Positions 8,927-18,414 of a stretch of 64,000 bases of DNA are shown one piece after another. The notes under the pieces are model-generated. The model saw only the letters and a list, made by a program, of their open reading frames with translations, made no database searches and had not been told where the DNA came from. Position numbers and translations under genes: made by a program. The stretch comes from Chloroflexota bacterium (GTDB lineage Bacteria; Chloroflexota; UBA11872), in the NCBI GenBank assembly GCA_022826485.1, contig JAJDUU010000052.1, positions 70,692-134,691 of the forward strand, written 5' to 3'. How positions within the stretch are numbered: the stretch's first letter is position 1; every line of letters starts with the position of its first letter.

Positions 8927-10155
8927 CGGCCGAAACGGGTACCGCCAGCATGTTCGGCGACGTCGAGCAGGTCAGCGAAAACCAGATGGTGCTCAACATG
9001 GGGCCGCAGCACCCCAGCACCCACGGCGTCATGCGACTGCTGATCGAGGTGGACGGCGAGACCGTCACCAAGTGCACCCCGGACGTGGGGTATTTGCACC
9101 GCGGCGTCGAAAAGCTCATCGAGACCCACGACTACCGCGGCGGCATCACGCTGACCGACCGCATGGACTACACCGCCGGCCCGTCCAACAACATGGGCTA
9201 CCTCATGGCCATCGAGAAGCTGATGGGCATGGAGGACGAAATCCCCTTGCGGGCCAAGCTGCTCCGCACGGCGGTTGCCGAGCTCTCGCGTCTGGCCTCG
9301 CACCACATTTGGATCGGCACGCACGCGCTCGACATCGGCGCCATGTCGGCCTTCCTGTGGTCGCTGCGCGAGCGCGAGAAGATTCTCTACCTCTTCGAGC
9401 AAGCCTGCGGCGCGCGCCTCACCACGTCGTTCATGCGCGTGGGCGGCACCGGCCCGCACGACGTTCCGGAGAGCTGGGTCGAAAACGTCGACGCCTTTCT
9501 CGACAGCTACACGCTCGACGAGCTCAACAGCCTGCTGACCGGCAACGAGATCTTTCAGAGTCGCACCCGCGGCGTGGGCGTGATTCCCGCCGAGCAGGCC
9601 CTGAGCTACGGACTCACCGGACCTCCCCTGCGGGGATCGGGGATCGACTGGGACCTGCGCAAGGCGCGCCCCTACGCGGCCTACGACATGATCGACTTCG
9701 AGATTCCGGTGTTCCCGGAGGGCGACGTGTACGCGCGTTATCTGGTACGGCTCAATGAGATGTACCAGGCGACCCGGATCGTGCGGCAATGCATGGAGCA
9801 CCTGCGCGACCTGCCGCCGGACGCCCCGTCCAACGCGGACCGCCCCGACCTGGTCCCGCCGGACGTCGGTCGGGTGCCCTTCGACATGGAAGCCATGATC
9901 AACCACTTCAAACTGGTGATGCACGGCGTCCAGCCTCCGGTCGGCGAGGCCTATTTCGGGATCGAGGGGCCGAAGGGCGAGCTGGGCTACTACTTTGTGA
10001 GCGACGGAAGCGGCATGCCCTATCGCTGCCACGTGCGCTCGCCGTCGTTCGTCAATCTGGGCGTCATGGAGGATGCGGCCGTCGGCGGGCTGATCGCCGA
10101 CACGGTGGCGCTGATTGGCAGCATTGACATCGTGCTGGGTGAGGTGGACCGGTGA
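8923..10155 (+). CDS. nuoD: NADH-quinone oxidoreductase subunit D (49 kDa).
   Basis: 410 aa. Carries NMGPQHPSTHGVMRL and HRGVEKL motifs. Overlaps nuoC by an ATGA. Confidence 0.9.
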   Translation: MTAETGTASMFGDVEQVSENQMVLNMGPQHPSTHGVMRLLIEVDGETVTKCTPDVGYLHRGVEKLIETHDYRGGITLTDRMDYTAGPSNNMGYLMAIEKLMGMEDEIPLRAKLLRTAVAELSRLASHHIWIGTHALDIGAMSAFLWSLREREKILYLFEQACGARLTTSFMRVGGTGPHDVPESWVENVDAFLDSYTLDELNSLLTGNEIFQSRTRGVGVIPAEQALSYGLTGPPLRGSGIDWDLRKARPYAAYDMIDFEIPVFPEGDVYARYLVRLNEMYQATRIVRQCMEHLRDLPPDAPSNADRPDLVPPDVGRVPFDMEAMINHFKLVMHGVQPPVGEAYFGIEGPKGELGYYFVSDGSGMPYRCHVRSPSFVNLGVMEDAAVGGLIADTVALIGSIDIVLGEVDR

Positions 10156-12584
10156 GCAACGAACTCATCAGCCTGACGGTTGACGGCGTTGAGGTGCAGG
10201 TGCCGGCGGGCTCCACGGTGCTGCAAGCCTGCGAGTCCATCGGCGTTGAAATCCCAACGCTCTGCACCGATCCGCGTCTCGACCCGTACGGCGCGTGCCG
10301 CATGTGCGTGGTGGAGATTCAGCCGGGGCCGCCGCGGCCCATGGCCTCCTGCACCATGCAGGCCGCACCGGGCATGAACGTCGTCACCGACAGCAAGTCG
10401 ATCAAGGACATTCGCAAGCACGTGATCGAGCTGCAACTCCAGCACCACCCGCTGGACTGCCCCTACTGCGACCAGGCGGGCACGTGTGAGCTGCAGGACG
10501 AAACTTTTGCTCAGGAAATTCACCAGAGCCCCTACGAAACCGTCCCCAAGGCGCACCCCGAGGAGATCCTCAACGAGGTCATCCTCATCAATCACAACCG
10601 CTGCATCCTCTGCGGTCGCTGCGTGCGCATCTGCGACGAGCAGATCGGCGTCTACGCCCTCGATTTCGTGCATCGGGCGATTGGCACGTTTATCGCGCCG
10701 GCCCAGCACAAGGAGATGGACTGCGAACGCTGCGGCATGTGCATCGAGACGTGTCCGGTGGGCGCGCTGCTCAGCCGCCCGTTCAAGCACGCGGCGCGAA
10801 GCTGGCAGACCGATAAGACCGCGTCCACGTGCCCGCACTGCTCCGTGGGCTGCTCGCTTCTCGTCGAGTCGCGCCACGGCGACGTGGTGCGTACGCGCAC
10901 CAACGGCCTAGAGGAACCGGCCAACGGCATCCTCTGCGCCAAGGGCTTCTTCGGCCACTCTTATGTCAACAGCGACGACCGGCTGACGAAGCCGCTGATC
11001 CGGCGCGACGGGCGCCTGGAACCGGCTACGTGGCGTGAGGCGATCTCGCACGTGAGCGGCGCGCTGCGCGGCGTGATCGACCGCAACGGTCCCGGCGCGG
11101 TCGGCGCGGTCGGCTCGCCGAACTGCACCAACGAAGACAACTACGCCCTGCAGCGATTCACGCGGCAGGTCGTCGGCAGCAACAACGTCTACAGCCAGTC
11201 GAGCGGCTTTCACGAGACGTTCCACGCTCTCGCGTCCGTTCTGGGCAGCCGGGCGGTGCTGCGATCGCAGAGCGAGCTGCTCGAATCCGACGTGATTCTG
11301 GTGGTCGGCGCCGATATCGGGCAGACCCATAACGTCGTGGGCGCGCACATCAAGCGCGCCGTGCGGCGCAACGGCCGCCGGCTGCTCACGGCCACCCGGC
11401 TGGCCGGCACCCTGGATCAATACGCCGCCGCAAGCGTGCGAGTCCGTCCCGGCGGCGAGGCGGCCCTGCTGGCAGCGCTGGCGGGACGTGACGACCTGCC
11501 CGAGTCGGTGACGGGCGCCTCCGACACGGCGCTGCAGACCATGCGCGACGCCCTCGCGGCGGCCGGTTCCGTTGCCGTCGTATGGGACACCGGGGTTTGG
11601 ACGCTGGGTCGCACCGAGGAATTGGCAGCGGCCGCGGCCAGCCTCACCCAAGCCTTCGCGGACGTCCGGCTGTTTCCGCTGGCGGAGCGGGCCAACACCG
11701 TGGGCACCCTGCTCACGGGCATGGCGCCGGACATGCTGCCCGGTCTGCGACCCGTGACGGACCCAGAGGCACTCGCCGAGATCGAGGCAGCGACTGGCGC
11801 GGCGACGCCACAGGATGCGGGGCCATCACTGGCCGACTTCCTGGCGGGCGATGCCCGGGCGCTCTACGTGATGGGCGAGGACCTCATTGGCAGCGCCGGC
11901 GATCCGGACTCCATGCGCGAGCAGCTGGCAGATCTCGATCTGCTGATCGTGCAAGACATCTTCATGAGCCCGACGGCCGAGGTGGCCGACGTGGTGCTGC
12001 CAGGCGCCTCGTTCGCCGAGAAGGGCGGCCACTTCACCAACTTCGAGGGTCGGCGCGGCGCACTCGCCCCGGCAATCATCCCGGTCGGCGACGCCCGCCC
12101 GGACTGGGAGATCATCGCTCGCTTGGCCGCCGCGGTGGGCAACGACTTCGGCTGGCGATCGCACGAGCCGATCACCGCTGAGCTCGAGCGCCTGTGGCGC
12201 ATGCCCGACATCGAGGGCAGTGAGCCGATCGCCGACCTGAACGGCGCGCTATCCCAGGCCAACGGCTCAGAGGGCTTCACGCTCGCCACCGAGCAACACC
12301 TATACACGGCCGGTGTCACCGGCCGCCACGCGCCGAGCCTGGCGCTGATGCTGCCGGATGCCGTCGCCGAGCTGAATCCCGCGGACGCCGAAGTGCTTGG
12401 CGTGGCCGACGGCGACGCCATCAGCGTGGCCTCGCACGCCGGCGCCCTGAACCTCAAGAGCCTGGTGGCCAGCCGGGTGCCCCGCGGCGTGGTGAACCTG
12501 CCGGACCGATTCCTCGACGCGCCCCCGCGGCGCCTCGACCCCGCGGGACCCAACGGGACCCCCGTGCAAGTGACGAAGCGCTAG
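10152..12584 (+). CDS. nuoG: NADH-quinone oxidoreductase subunit G (75 kDa).
   Basis: 810 aa. Has an N-terminal 2Fe-2S and 4Fe-4S cysteine array (CxxC...C, HPLDCPYCDQAGTCELQ, CILCGRCVRIC) and a molybdopterin-like C-terminal domain. It follows nuoD directly, so nuoE and nuoF are absent from the cluster. Confidence 0.88.
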   Translation: MSNELISLTVDGVEVQVPAGSTVLQACESIGVEIPTLCTDPRLDPYGACRMCVVEIQPGPPRPMASCTMQAAPGMNVVTDSKSIKDIRKHVIELQLQHHPLDCPYCDQAGTCELQDETFAQEIHQSPYETVPKAHPEEILNEVILINHNRCILCGRCVRICDEQIGVYALDFVHRAIGTFIAPAQHKEMDCERCGMCIETCPVGALLSRPFKHAARSWQTDKTASTCPHCSVGCSLLVESRHGDVVRTRTNGLEEPANGILCAKGFFGHSYVNSDDRLTKPLIRRDGRLEPATWREAISHVSGALRGVIDRNGPGAVGAVGSPNCTNEDNYALQRFTRQVVGSNNVYSQSSGFHETFHALASVLGSRAVLRSQSELLESDVILVVGADIGQTHNVVGAHIKRAVRRNGRRLLTATRLAGTLDQYAAASVRVRPGGEAALLAALAGRDDLPESVTGASDTALQTMRDALAAAGSVAVVWDTGVWTLGRTEELAAAAASLTQAFADVRLFPLAERANTVGTLLTGMAPDMLPGLRPVTDPEALAEIEAATGAATPQDAGPSLADFLAGDARALYVMGEDLIGSAGDPDSMREQLADLDLLIVQDIFMSPTAEVADVVLPGASFAEKGGHFTNFEGRRGALAPAIIPVGDARPDWEIIARLAAAVGNDFGWRSHEPITAELERLWRMPDIEGSEPIADLNGALSQANGSEGFTLATEQHLYTAGVTGRHAPSLALMLPDAVAELNPADAEVLGVADGDAISVASHAGALNLKSLVASRVPRGVVNLPDRFLDAPPRRLDPAGPNGTPVQVTKR

Positions 12585-12587
12585 GCG

Positions 12588-13589
12588 ATGGACGGCTGGG
12601 AATGGCTGATCGTCGCCATCAAGTGTGTGGTGATTCTGCTGATTTTCCTCGGCGCGCCGCTCATCCTCGTGCTGGTGGAGCGCTGGACGCTTGGCCGGCT
12701 CCAGTCGCGCATCGGCCCGAACCGCGTGGGGTGGTCCGGGACGCTGCAAACGGCAGCCGACGGACTGAAGCTCGGCATCAAGGAAGACCTGATTCCCCGG
12801 GGCGCGGACAAGCTCGTGTTCTGGTTCGGGCCGGTGTTCCTGGTGGTGCCGGCACTGGCCGCCTGGGCCATCGTGCCCGTCGGGCCGAAGGTCGGGCTCG
12901 GCCGAGACATCGGTCTGTGGGCCGTCGACCTGAACGTGGGCATCCTGTTCTTCCTCGCCATGGGCTCACTGGGGGTCTACGGCGTGGTCATGTCGGGATG
13001 GTCGTCCAACAGCAAATACGCCCACTTCGGCGCCCTGCGCGCCAGCGCCCAGGTCATCAGCTACGAGCTGATCATGGGGCTGGCGGTGCTGGCCGTGATC
13101 CTCTACGCCGGGTCGCTCAGCCTCATCGATATCGTCGAGCAGCAGCGGGGGCTATGGTTCATCGTCCCGCAGTTCGTGGGCTTCCTGCTTTTCGTGATTG
13201 CCGGCGTGGCCGAGACCAATCGCGTGCCGTTCGACCTGCCGGAAGCCGAAAGCGAGATCGTCGCCGGCTTCCACGTGGAGTACTCGGGAATGCGGTTCGC
13301 GATGTTCTTCATCGCCGAGTACGCCAACATCATTCTGATCTCCGCCATCATCACCACGCTCTATCTCGGCGGCTGGCTGGGTTGGACCATTCCGGGCATG
13401 GAGGGCCTAACCGGCATCGTGTGGTTCGCCCTCAAGACTGCCGCATTCATTTCAATGTTCCTGTTGCTGCGGGCCGCGCTGCCCCGGCTGCGCTACGACC
13501 AGCTCATGAGCTTCTGCTGGAAGTTCCTCATGCCCATCGGAATCATCAACGTGCTGCTGGCCGCCGGACTGCGCATGGCTTGGAGTTGA
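12588..13589 (+). CDS. nuoH: NADH-quinone oxidoreductase subunit H.
   Basis: 333 aa polytopic membrane protein. Carries the NuoH/ND1 motif (RVPFDLPEAESE(I)V(A)GFHVEYS). Confidence 0.9.
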   Translation: MDGWEWLIVAIKCVVILLIFLGAPLILVLVERWTLGRLQSRIGPNRVGWSGTLQTAADGLKLGIKEDLIPRGADKLVFWFGPVFLVVPALAAWAIVPVGPKVGLGRDIGLWAVDLNVGILFFLAMGSLGVYGVVMSGWSSNSKYAHFGALRASAQVISYELIMGLAVLAVILYAGSLSLIDIVEQQRGLWFIVPQFVGFLLFVIAGVAETNRVPFDLPEAESEIVAGFHVEYSGMRFAMFFIAEYANIILISAIITTLYLGGWLGWTIPGMEGLTGIVWFALKTAAFISMFLLLRAALPRLRYDQLMSFCWKFLMPIGIINVLLAAGLRMAWS

Positions 13590-13596
13590 TATTGCA

Positions 13597-14088
13597 ATGC
13601 CGCTAGGTTCAGGAATCCTCAAGGGCTTCGCCACCGTCTTCAAGGTGGGCCGCCGCAAGCCCGCCACGGTGATGTATCCCGAGAACGTGCGTGACATCGC
13701 CTATCGCTTCCGCGGTCAGGTGGGCATGCGCCGCGACGAGGTCACCAACGGCCTCACGTGCGTGGGCTGCGGGCTCTGCGAGACGGCCTGCCCGAACGAC
13801 GTCATTCGAGTCGATACCAGCGAAAACTCCGACGGCACCCGGGCGGTGGACCGCTACCTATTCGACGTGGGCCGCTGCGTCTTCTGCTACTTCTGCATCG
13901 AGGCCTGTCCGGTCGATGCGCTGCAACGAACGCACGACTTCCACCTCGTCACCGAGGATCGCCGCGGGCTCCTGATCGATGGCTTCAAGATGATCGAGAT
14001 CTACGAGCACGACCTCGAAAACCGACCGCTCCAAGAGCAGAACATCGGTCCGGGAACGCGTCCCCGGCTGTGGTTCGGCGATGACTGA
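13597..14088 (+). CDS. nuoI: NADH-quinone oxidoreductase subunit I.
   Basis: 163 aa. Has two 4Fe-4S ferredoxin motifs (CVGCGLCETACP and CVFCYFCIEACP). Confidence 0.9.
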   Translation: MPLGSGILKGFATVFKVGRRKPATVMYPENVRDIAYRFRGQVGMRRDEVTNGLTCVGCGLCETACPNDVIRVDTSENSDGTRAVDRYLFDVGRCVFCYFCIEACPVDALQRTHDFHLVTEDRRGLLIDGFKMIEIYEHDLENRPLQEQNIGPGTRPRLWFGDD

Positions 14089-14671
14089 CAACCTCGCCGA
14101 AGTCATCGCGTTCTGGTATCTCGCCTTCATGGCCGTCACGGGCGGCGTGGGGGTGCTGGCGCTGCGCAACCCGGTGCACTCCGCCCTCTCGCTGGTCTAC
14201 GTGATCTTCCACGTGGCCGGGCTGTTCGTGATCCTGGGCGCCGGGTTCCTGGCGGTGGTCCAGATCATCGTCTATGCCGGCGCCATCGTGGTGCTGTTCC
14301 TCTTCACGCTGATGATGCTGGACATGCGCGGACTCGGCGAGGAGCGATTCGTCCATCGACAGCTCTGGTTGGCGGTGCCGCTGGGCGTCCTGCTGGCCGT
14401 TGAGGCCGTGTTCGTCGGCGTCGGCACGCCGGAAGTCCGCGAGGCGTTTCTGGGCGCGTTTCCACCGCAGACGATCTCGGATCTCGGCGGTAGCACCCAG
14501 GCCATTGCCGCCGTGCTGTTCAGCGAATACCTGCTGCCATTCGAGGTCGCGAGCGTGTTGCTGCTGGTTGCGGCCATCGGAGCGATCATCCTGGCGCGGC
14601 GGTTCGAGCGCGAGATCGAAGCCATGCCGGAGGCGGCCGAGGCCAGCGAATCGGCAGAGGCCGCGTCCTGA
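14081..14671 (+). CDS. nuoJ: NADH-quinone oxidoreductase subunit J.
   Basis: 196 aa membrane protein in the expected operon position. Overlaps nuoI by 8 nt. Confidence 0.8.
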   Translation: MTDNLAEVIAFWYLAFMAVTGGVGVLALRNPVHSALSLVYVIFHVAGLFVILGAGFLAVVQIIVYAGAIVVLFLFTLMMLDMRGLGEERFVHRQLWLAVPLGVLLAVEAVFVGVGTPEVREAFLGAFPPQTISDLGGSTQAIAAVLFSEYLLPFEVASVLLLVAAIGAIILARRFEREIEAMPEAAEASESAEAAS

Positions 14672-14970
14672 TGGATCTCAACGCCTACCTGGTCGTCGGC
14701 GGCCTGCTCTTCTCGCTCGGCGTGATGGGCACCCTGCTGCGACGCAACATCATCGTCATGCTCATCTCGATCGAGCTGATGCTCAACGGCGCCAACCTCA
14801 CATTGGCGGCGTTCTCGACCTTCCTCGAGGACATGGCCGGCAACGTGATGGTGATCTTTTCGCTCACCGTGGCAGCCGCCGAGGTTGCGGTCGGCCTGGC
14901 GATCCTCGTGGCCCTGAGCCGCGTGTTCCCCGTGGTCAACATCGACCAACTGGACGATCTGCGCGGATGA
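14671..14970 (+). CDS. nuoK: NADH-quinone oxidoreductase subunit K.
   Basis: 99 aa with three transmembrane helices. Its start overlaps the nuoJ stop (TGATG). Confidence 0.85.
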   Translation: MDLNAYLVVGGLLFSLGVMGTLLRRNIIVMLISIELMLNGANLTLAAFSTFLEDMAGNVMVIFSLTVAAAEVAVGLAILVALSRVFPVVNIDQLDDLRG

Positions 14971-15000
14971 CCCGGCACCAAGCGCTGGAAGGCGGCGGCC

Positions 15001-16932
15001 GTGTTTGAGGTCGTCTGGCTGATCCCCTTTGCGCCGCTGTTGGCGTTCGTGGTCAACGGCATCGCGGGGCGACGCTATCCGCAGGCCACCGGCTGGGTGT
15101 CGACCGGCGGAATCCTGGCCTCGTTCCTGCTCACCGGCGCGCTCTGGATCGGCGGCATCAGCGCCGACCAGCTCGGCTGGACGTTTTATCCCTGGGTCGA
15201 CTCCGGCACGTTCGCCGTCAACATCGGCTTCCTGCTCGACCCGCTGTCGGTGGTGATGCTCCTGGTGGTCACCGGCGTGAGCGCGCTGGTGGCGCTCTAC
15301 TCCGTGGGCTACATGGACCACGACGCGGCCAAGCCGCGCTTCCACACCTGGATCCCGCTCTTCGTGTTCAGCATGGTCATGCTGGTCATGTCGGACAACC
15401 TGCTGCAGCTCTTCATCTTCTGGGAGATGGTGGGGCTCTGCTCATACCTGCTCATCGGGTACTGGCACGACCGAAACAGCGCCAACGTCGCCGCCACCAA
15501 GGCCTTCCTGGTCAACCGCATCGGCGACTTCGGCTTCATCATCGGCATCATCCTGGCGTTCTTCCATTTCGACTCGCTCCGCTACCGCGAAATCTTCGAG
15601 GTCATTGGCGACAAAGACCCGGCCATGACCACGGCCATCGCCTTCCTGCTGTTCATCGGCGCGATGGGCAAGTCCGCCCAGTTCCCGCTCCACGTGTGGC
15701 TGCCAGACGCGATGGAGGGCCCCACCCCCGTGAGCGCTCTGATCCACGCCGCCACTATGGTCACGGCGGGCGTCTACATCGTGGCGCGCATGAATCCGCT
15801 GTACATGGTCGCGCCGGAGGCCCTGATCTTCGTGGCGGCCATCGGCACGGTCACGGCCTTCGTCGCCGCAACCATTGCTCTCGTCCAAACCGACATCAAA
15901 CGGGTGCTGGCGTATTCGACCGTGAGCCAGCTTGGGCTGATGTTCGTGGCCCTTGGGGCCGGTGCGTATTCGATCGCCATCTTCCACCTGGTGACGCACG
16001 CGTTCTTCAAGGCGCTCCTGTTCCTTGGGTCCGGCAGCGTCATCCACGCCCTCAACGACGAGCAGGACATGCGCCAGATGGGCGGGCTGTGGCGCAAGAT
16101 GCCGCTCACCTACGGCACGTTCCTGCTCGGCGGCCTGGCGCTCGCCGCCGTGTTTCCGCTTGCCGGCTTCTGGAGCAAGGACGAAATCCTGGCGAGCGCC
16201 TTCCTGAAGGCCACTGCAGACGCTGGAACGACGCTTGCCGCCGACCACGGCGCGGGCATCTTCTGGCTCTTCTTCATCGTGGGCCTGGTGGTGTCGCTCA
16301 TGACGGCGTTCTACACGCTGCGCATGATCCTGATGACGTTCCATGGCAAGCCGCGGAACCAGGAGCTCCACGATCACGCCCATGAATCACCGTGGGTGAT
16401 GACCCTGCCACTGGGCATCCTGGCGGTGGGCGCGGTCGTCGGCGGCGCGGTTCTCGGCATTCCGCCCGAGCACGGTTTTCTTCACGAATACCTCTACAAG
16501 ACGGCCGGGATTACTCACTTCGAAGGCTCCGGCGATCCACCGACGGTCGTCCTTGCCATCATCTCGACGGTGGTGGCCCTTGCCGGCGTGGCCATCGCCT
16601 ACCTGGCATATCGCAAGGGCGTGCCGATCCCCGATACGGCGCGCCGTCTGGCGCCGGGCGCCGAGAAGCTGTTCCAGCGCAAGTGGTACATGGACCACCT
16701 GGGCGATGGGCTGATGGTGATGTTGACCCGAGCCATCGCCGTCGTGTCCTGGGGATTTGACGCCGGCGTGATCGACGGACTGGTCAACGCGTCAGGCGCC
16801 GTGACGCGCCGCCTGAGCGGCGAGATGCGGCGCCTGCAGACCGGCCAGGCACAAAACTACGCGCTGCTCATGGTCGTGGGCATCGTGCTAGTCATCGGCG
16901 GGCTCATGATCTTCGGGGGGAATGCGACATGA
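15001..16932 (+). CDS. nuoL: NADH-quinone oxidoreductase subunit L.
   Basis: 643 aa antiporter-like subunit. Carries the WLPDAMEGPTPVSALIHAATMV motif. Confidence 0.9.
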   Translation: MFEVVWLIPFAPLLAFVVNGIAGRRYPQATGWVSTGGILASFLLTGALWIGGISADQLGWTFYPWVDSGTFAVNIGFLLDPLSVVMLLVVTGVSALVALYSVGYMDHDAAKPRFHTWIPLFVFSMVMLVMSDNLLQLFIFWEMVGLCSYLLIGYWHDRNSANVAATKAFLVNRIGDFGFIIGIILAFFHFDSLRYREIFEVIGDKDPAMTTAIAFLLFIGAMGKSAQFPLHVWLPDAMEGPTPVSALIHAATMVTAGVYIVARMNPLYMVAPEALIFVAAIGTVTAFVAATIALVQTDIKRVLAYSTVSQLGLMFVALGAGAYSIAIFHLVTHAFFKALLFLGSGSVIHALNDEQDMRQMGGLWRKMPLTYGTFLLGGLALAAVFPLAGFWSKDEILASAFLKATADAGTTLAADHGAGIFWLFFIVGLVVSLMTAFYTLRMILMTFHGKPRNQELHDHAHESPWVMTLPLGILAVGAVVGGAVLGIPPEHGFLHEYLYKTAGITHFEGSGDPPTVVLAIISTVVALAGVAIAYLAYRKGVPIPDTARRLAPGAEKLFQRKWYMDHLGDGLMVMLTRAIAVVSWGFDAGVIDGLVNASGAVTRRLSGEMRRLQTGQAQNYALLMVVGIVLVIGGLMIFGGNAT

Positions 16933-18410
16933 GCGGCGAAGCCGCCCTCGACCTTCCCCTCATCTCGCTGCTGCTATGGCTGCCGCTGATCATCGGCATT
17001 CCCGCCGTGCTGCTCACCCGCACGCGCGACCTGCAGGCGCTCTCGGCCTTTGCCGCCACGCTCGTGCAGCTGGCCTTCGCCATCATCATCGTCATCACCT
17101 TCAACACCGAGTTCGATCCCGAGCTGGCGTATCAGCACGGGGAGTTCGCCGAGTGGATTCCGGCCCTCGGCATCAACTACAAGCTGGGGGTGGACGGCAT
17201 CTCGATCTTGATGGTGCTGCTGACCGGCATCCTGGGACCGGTCGTCGCGGCCACGTCGTGGCTGACGATCAAGACCCGCGCCCGGGAATTCTTCCTCAAT
17301 CTGCTACTGCTGCAAACCGGAATGATGGGCGTGTTCGTCACGCTCGATTTCATCCTGTTCTACGTGTTCTGGGAAATGATGCTGATCCCGATGTACCTGA
17401 TGATCGGCATTTGGGGCGGCGAGCGGCGCATCTACGCGACGATCAAGTTCTTCCTCTACACCTTCGCCGGCAGCGTGCTCATGCTGGTGGCGATTCTGGC
17501 GCTGCGGTTCAACACCGGCACCTTTGACATCGAGGCCATCCCGGCGCACATGCAAGGCGCCGCGATCGAGCTGCAACGGTGGGTGTTCGTGGCGTTCCTG
17601 CTTGCCTTCGCCATCAAGGTCCCGATGTTCCCCTTCCACACGTGGCTGCCCGACGCCCACGTGGAGGCCCCGACCGGCGGCAGCGTCCTGCTGGCCGGCG
17701 TGCTGCTAAAGATGGGGGCCTACGGATTCCTGCGGTTCATGCTGCCGATGACGCCCGACGCCGTGGCCGACGTGCGCGGGCTGCTGATTGCACTATCGAT
17801 TGTGGCCATCATCTACGGCGCCCTAGTCGCCATGGTCCAACCGGATCTCAAGAAGCTCATTGCCTACTCCAGCGTGAGTCACATGGGCTTCGTGACCTTG
17901 GGCATATTCAGCGGCTCGCAGACCGGAATTGACGGCGCCATCATCCTGATGATGAGCCACGGGCTGGTGACGGGAGCGCTGTTCCTCGCCGTGGGCGTCG
18001 TCTACGAGCGGGCCCACACCCGCCAGATCGCGGAGCTCGGAGGCCTGGTGACGCGAATGCCCGCCTACGCCGTCACGCTTGGATTCTTCACCTTGGCATC
18101 CCTGGGATTGCCGATGCTGAGCAGCTTCGTGGGCGAGATTCTGGTGCTGGTTGGCGCCTTCGACTACGGCATCGCCGCGGGGGTTACAGCCGCGATCGGC
18201 GTGGTGCTCGCCGCCGCCTACATGCTCTGGATGTACCAGCGCGTCGTGCTGGGTCGACTCCGCAACGACGCCCTGAGATCGATAAGCGACATCAACCGTG
18301 TTGAGGGTGCGGCGTTCGCCGCGCTGGCCGTCCTGGTCCTGTGGATCGGCATCTATCCGGCGACGTTCGTCGACATGATCACCGGCGCCACGGCCGGGTT
18401 GGTGAGCTAG
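16929..18410 (+). CDS. nuoM: NADH-quinone oxidoreductase subunit M.
   Basis: 493 aa antiporter-like subunit. Carries TWLPDAHVEAPTGGSVLLAGVLLK. Overlaps nuoL by 4 nt. Confidence 0.9.
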   Translation: MSGEAALDLPLISLLLWLPLIIGIPAVLLTRTRDLQALSAFAATLVQLAFAIIIVITFNTEFDPELAYQHGEFAEWIPALGINYKLGVDGISILMVLLTGILGPVVAATSWLTIKTRAREFFLNLLLLQTGMMGVFVTLDFILFYVFWEMMLIPMYLMIGIWGGERRIYATIKFFLYTFAGSVLMLVAILALRFNTGTFDIEAIPAHMQGAAIELQRWVFVAFLLAFAIKVPMFPFHTWLPDAHVEAPTGGSVLLAGVLLKMGAYGFLRFMLPMTPDAVADVRGLLIALSIVAIIYGALVAMVQPDLKKLIAYSSVSHMGFVTLGIFSGSQTGIDGAIILMMSHGLVTGALFLAVGVVYERAHTRQIAELGGLVTRMPAYAVTLGFFTLASLGLPMLSSFVGEILVLVGAFDYGIAAGVTAAIGVVLAAAYMLWMYQRVVLGRLRNDALRSISDINRVEGAAFAALAVLVLWIGIYPATFVDMITGATAGLVS

Positions 18411-18414
18411 CGCC

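Noticed and set aside
8574-9758. A 394-aa plus-strand ORF in an alternative frame across nuoC and nuoD, which might have hidden a nuoB-like gene.
   Set aside because: It is out of frame relative to the confidently assigned NuoC and NuoD. Its translation is Arg/Pro-rich and has no NuoB CxxC...C N2-cluster pattern.
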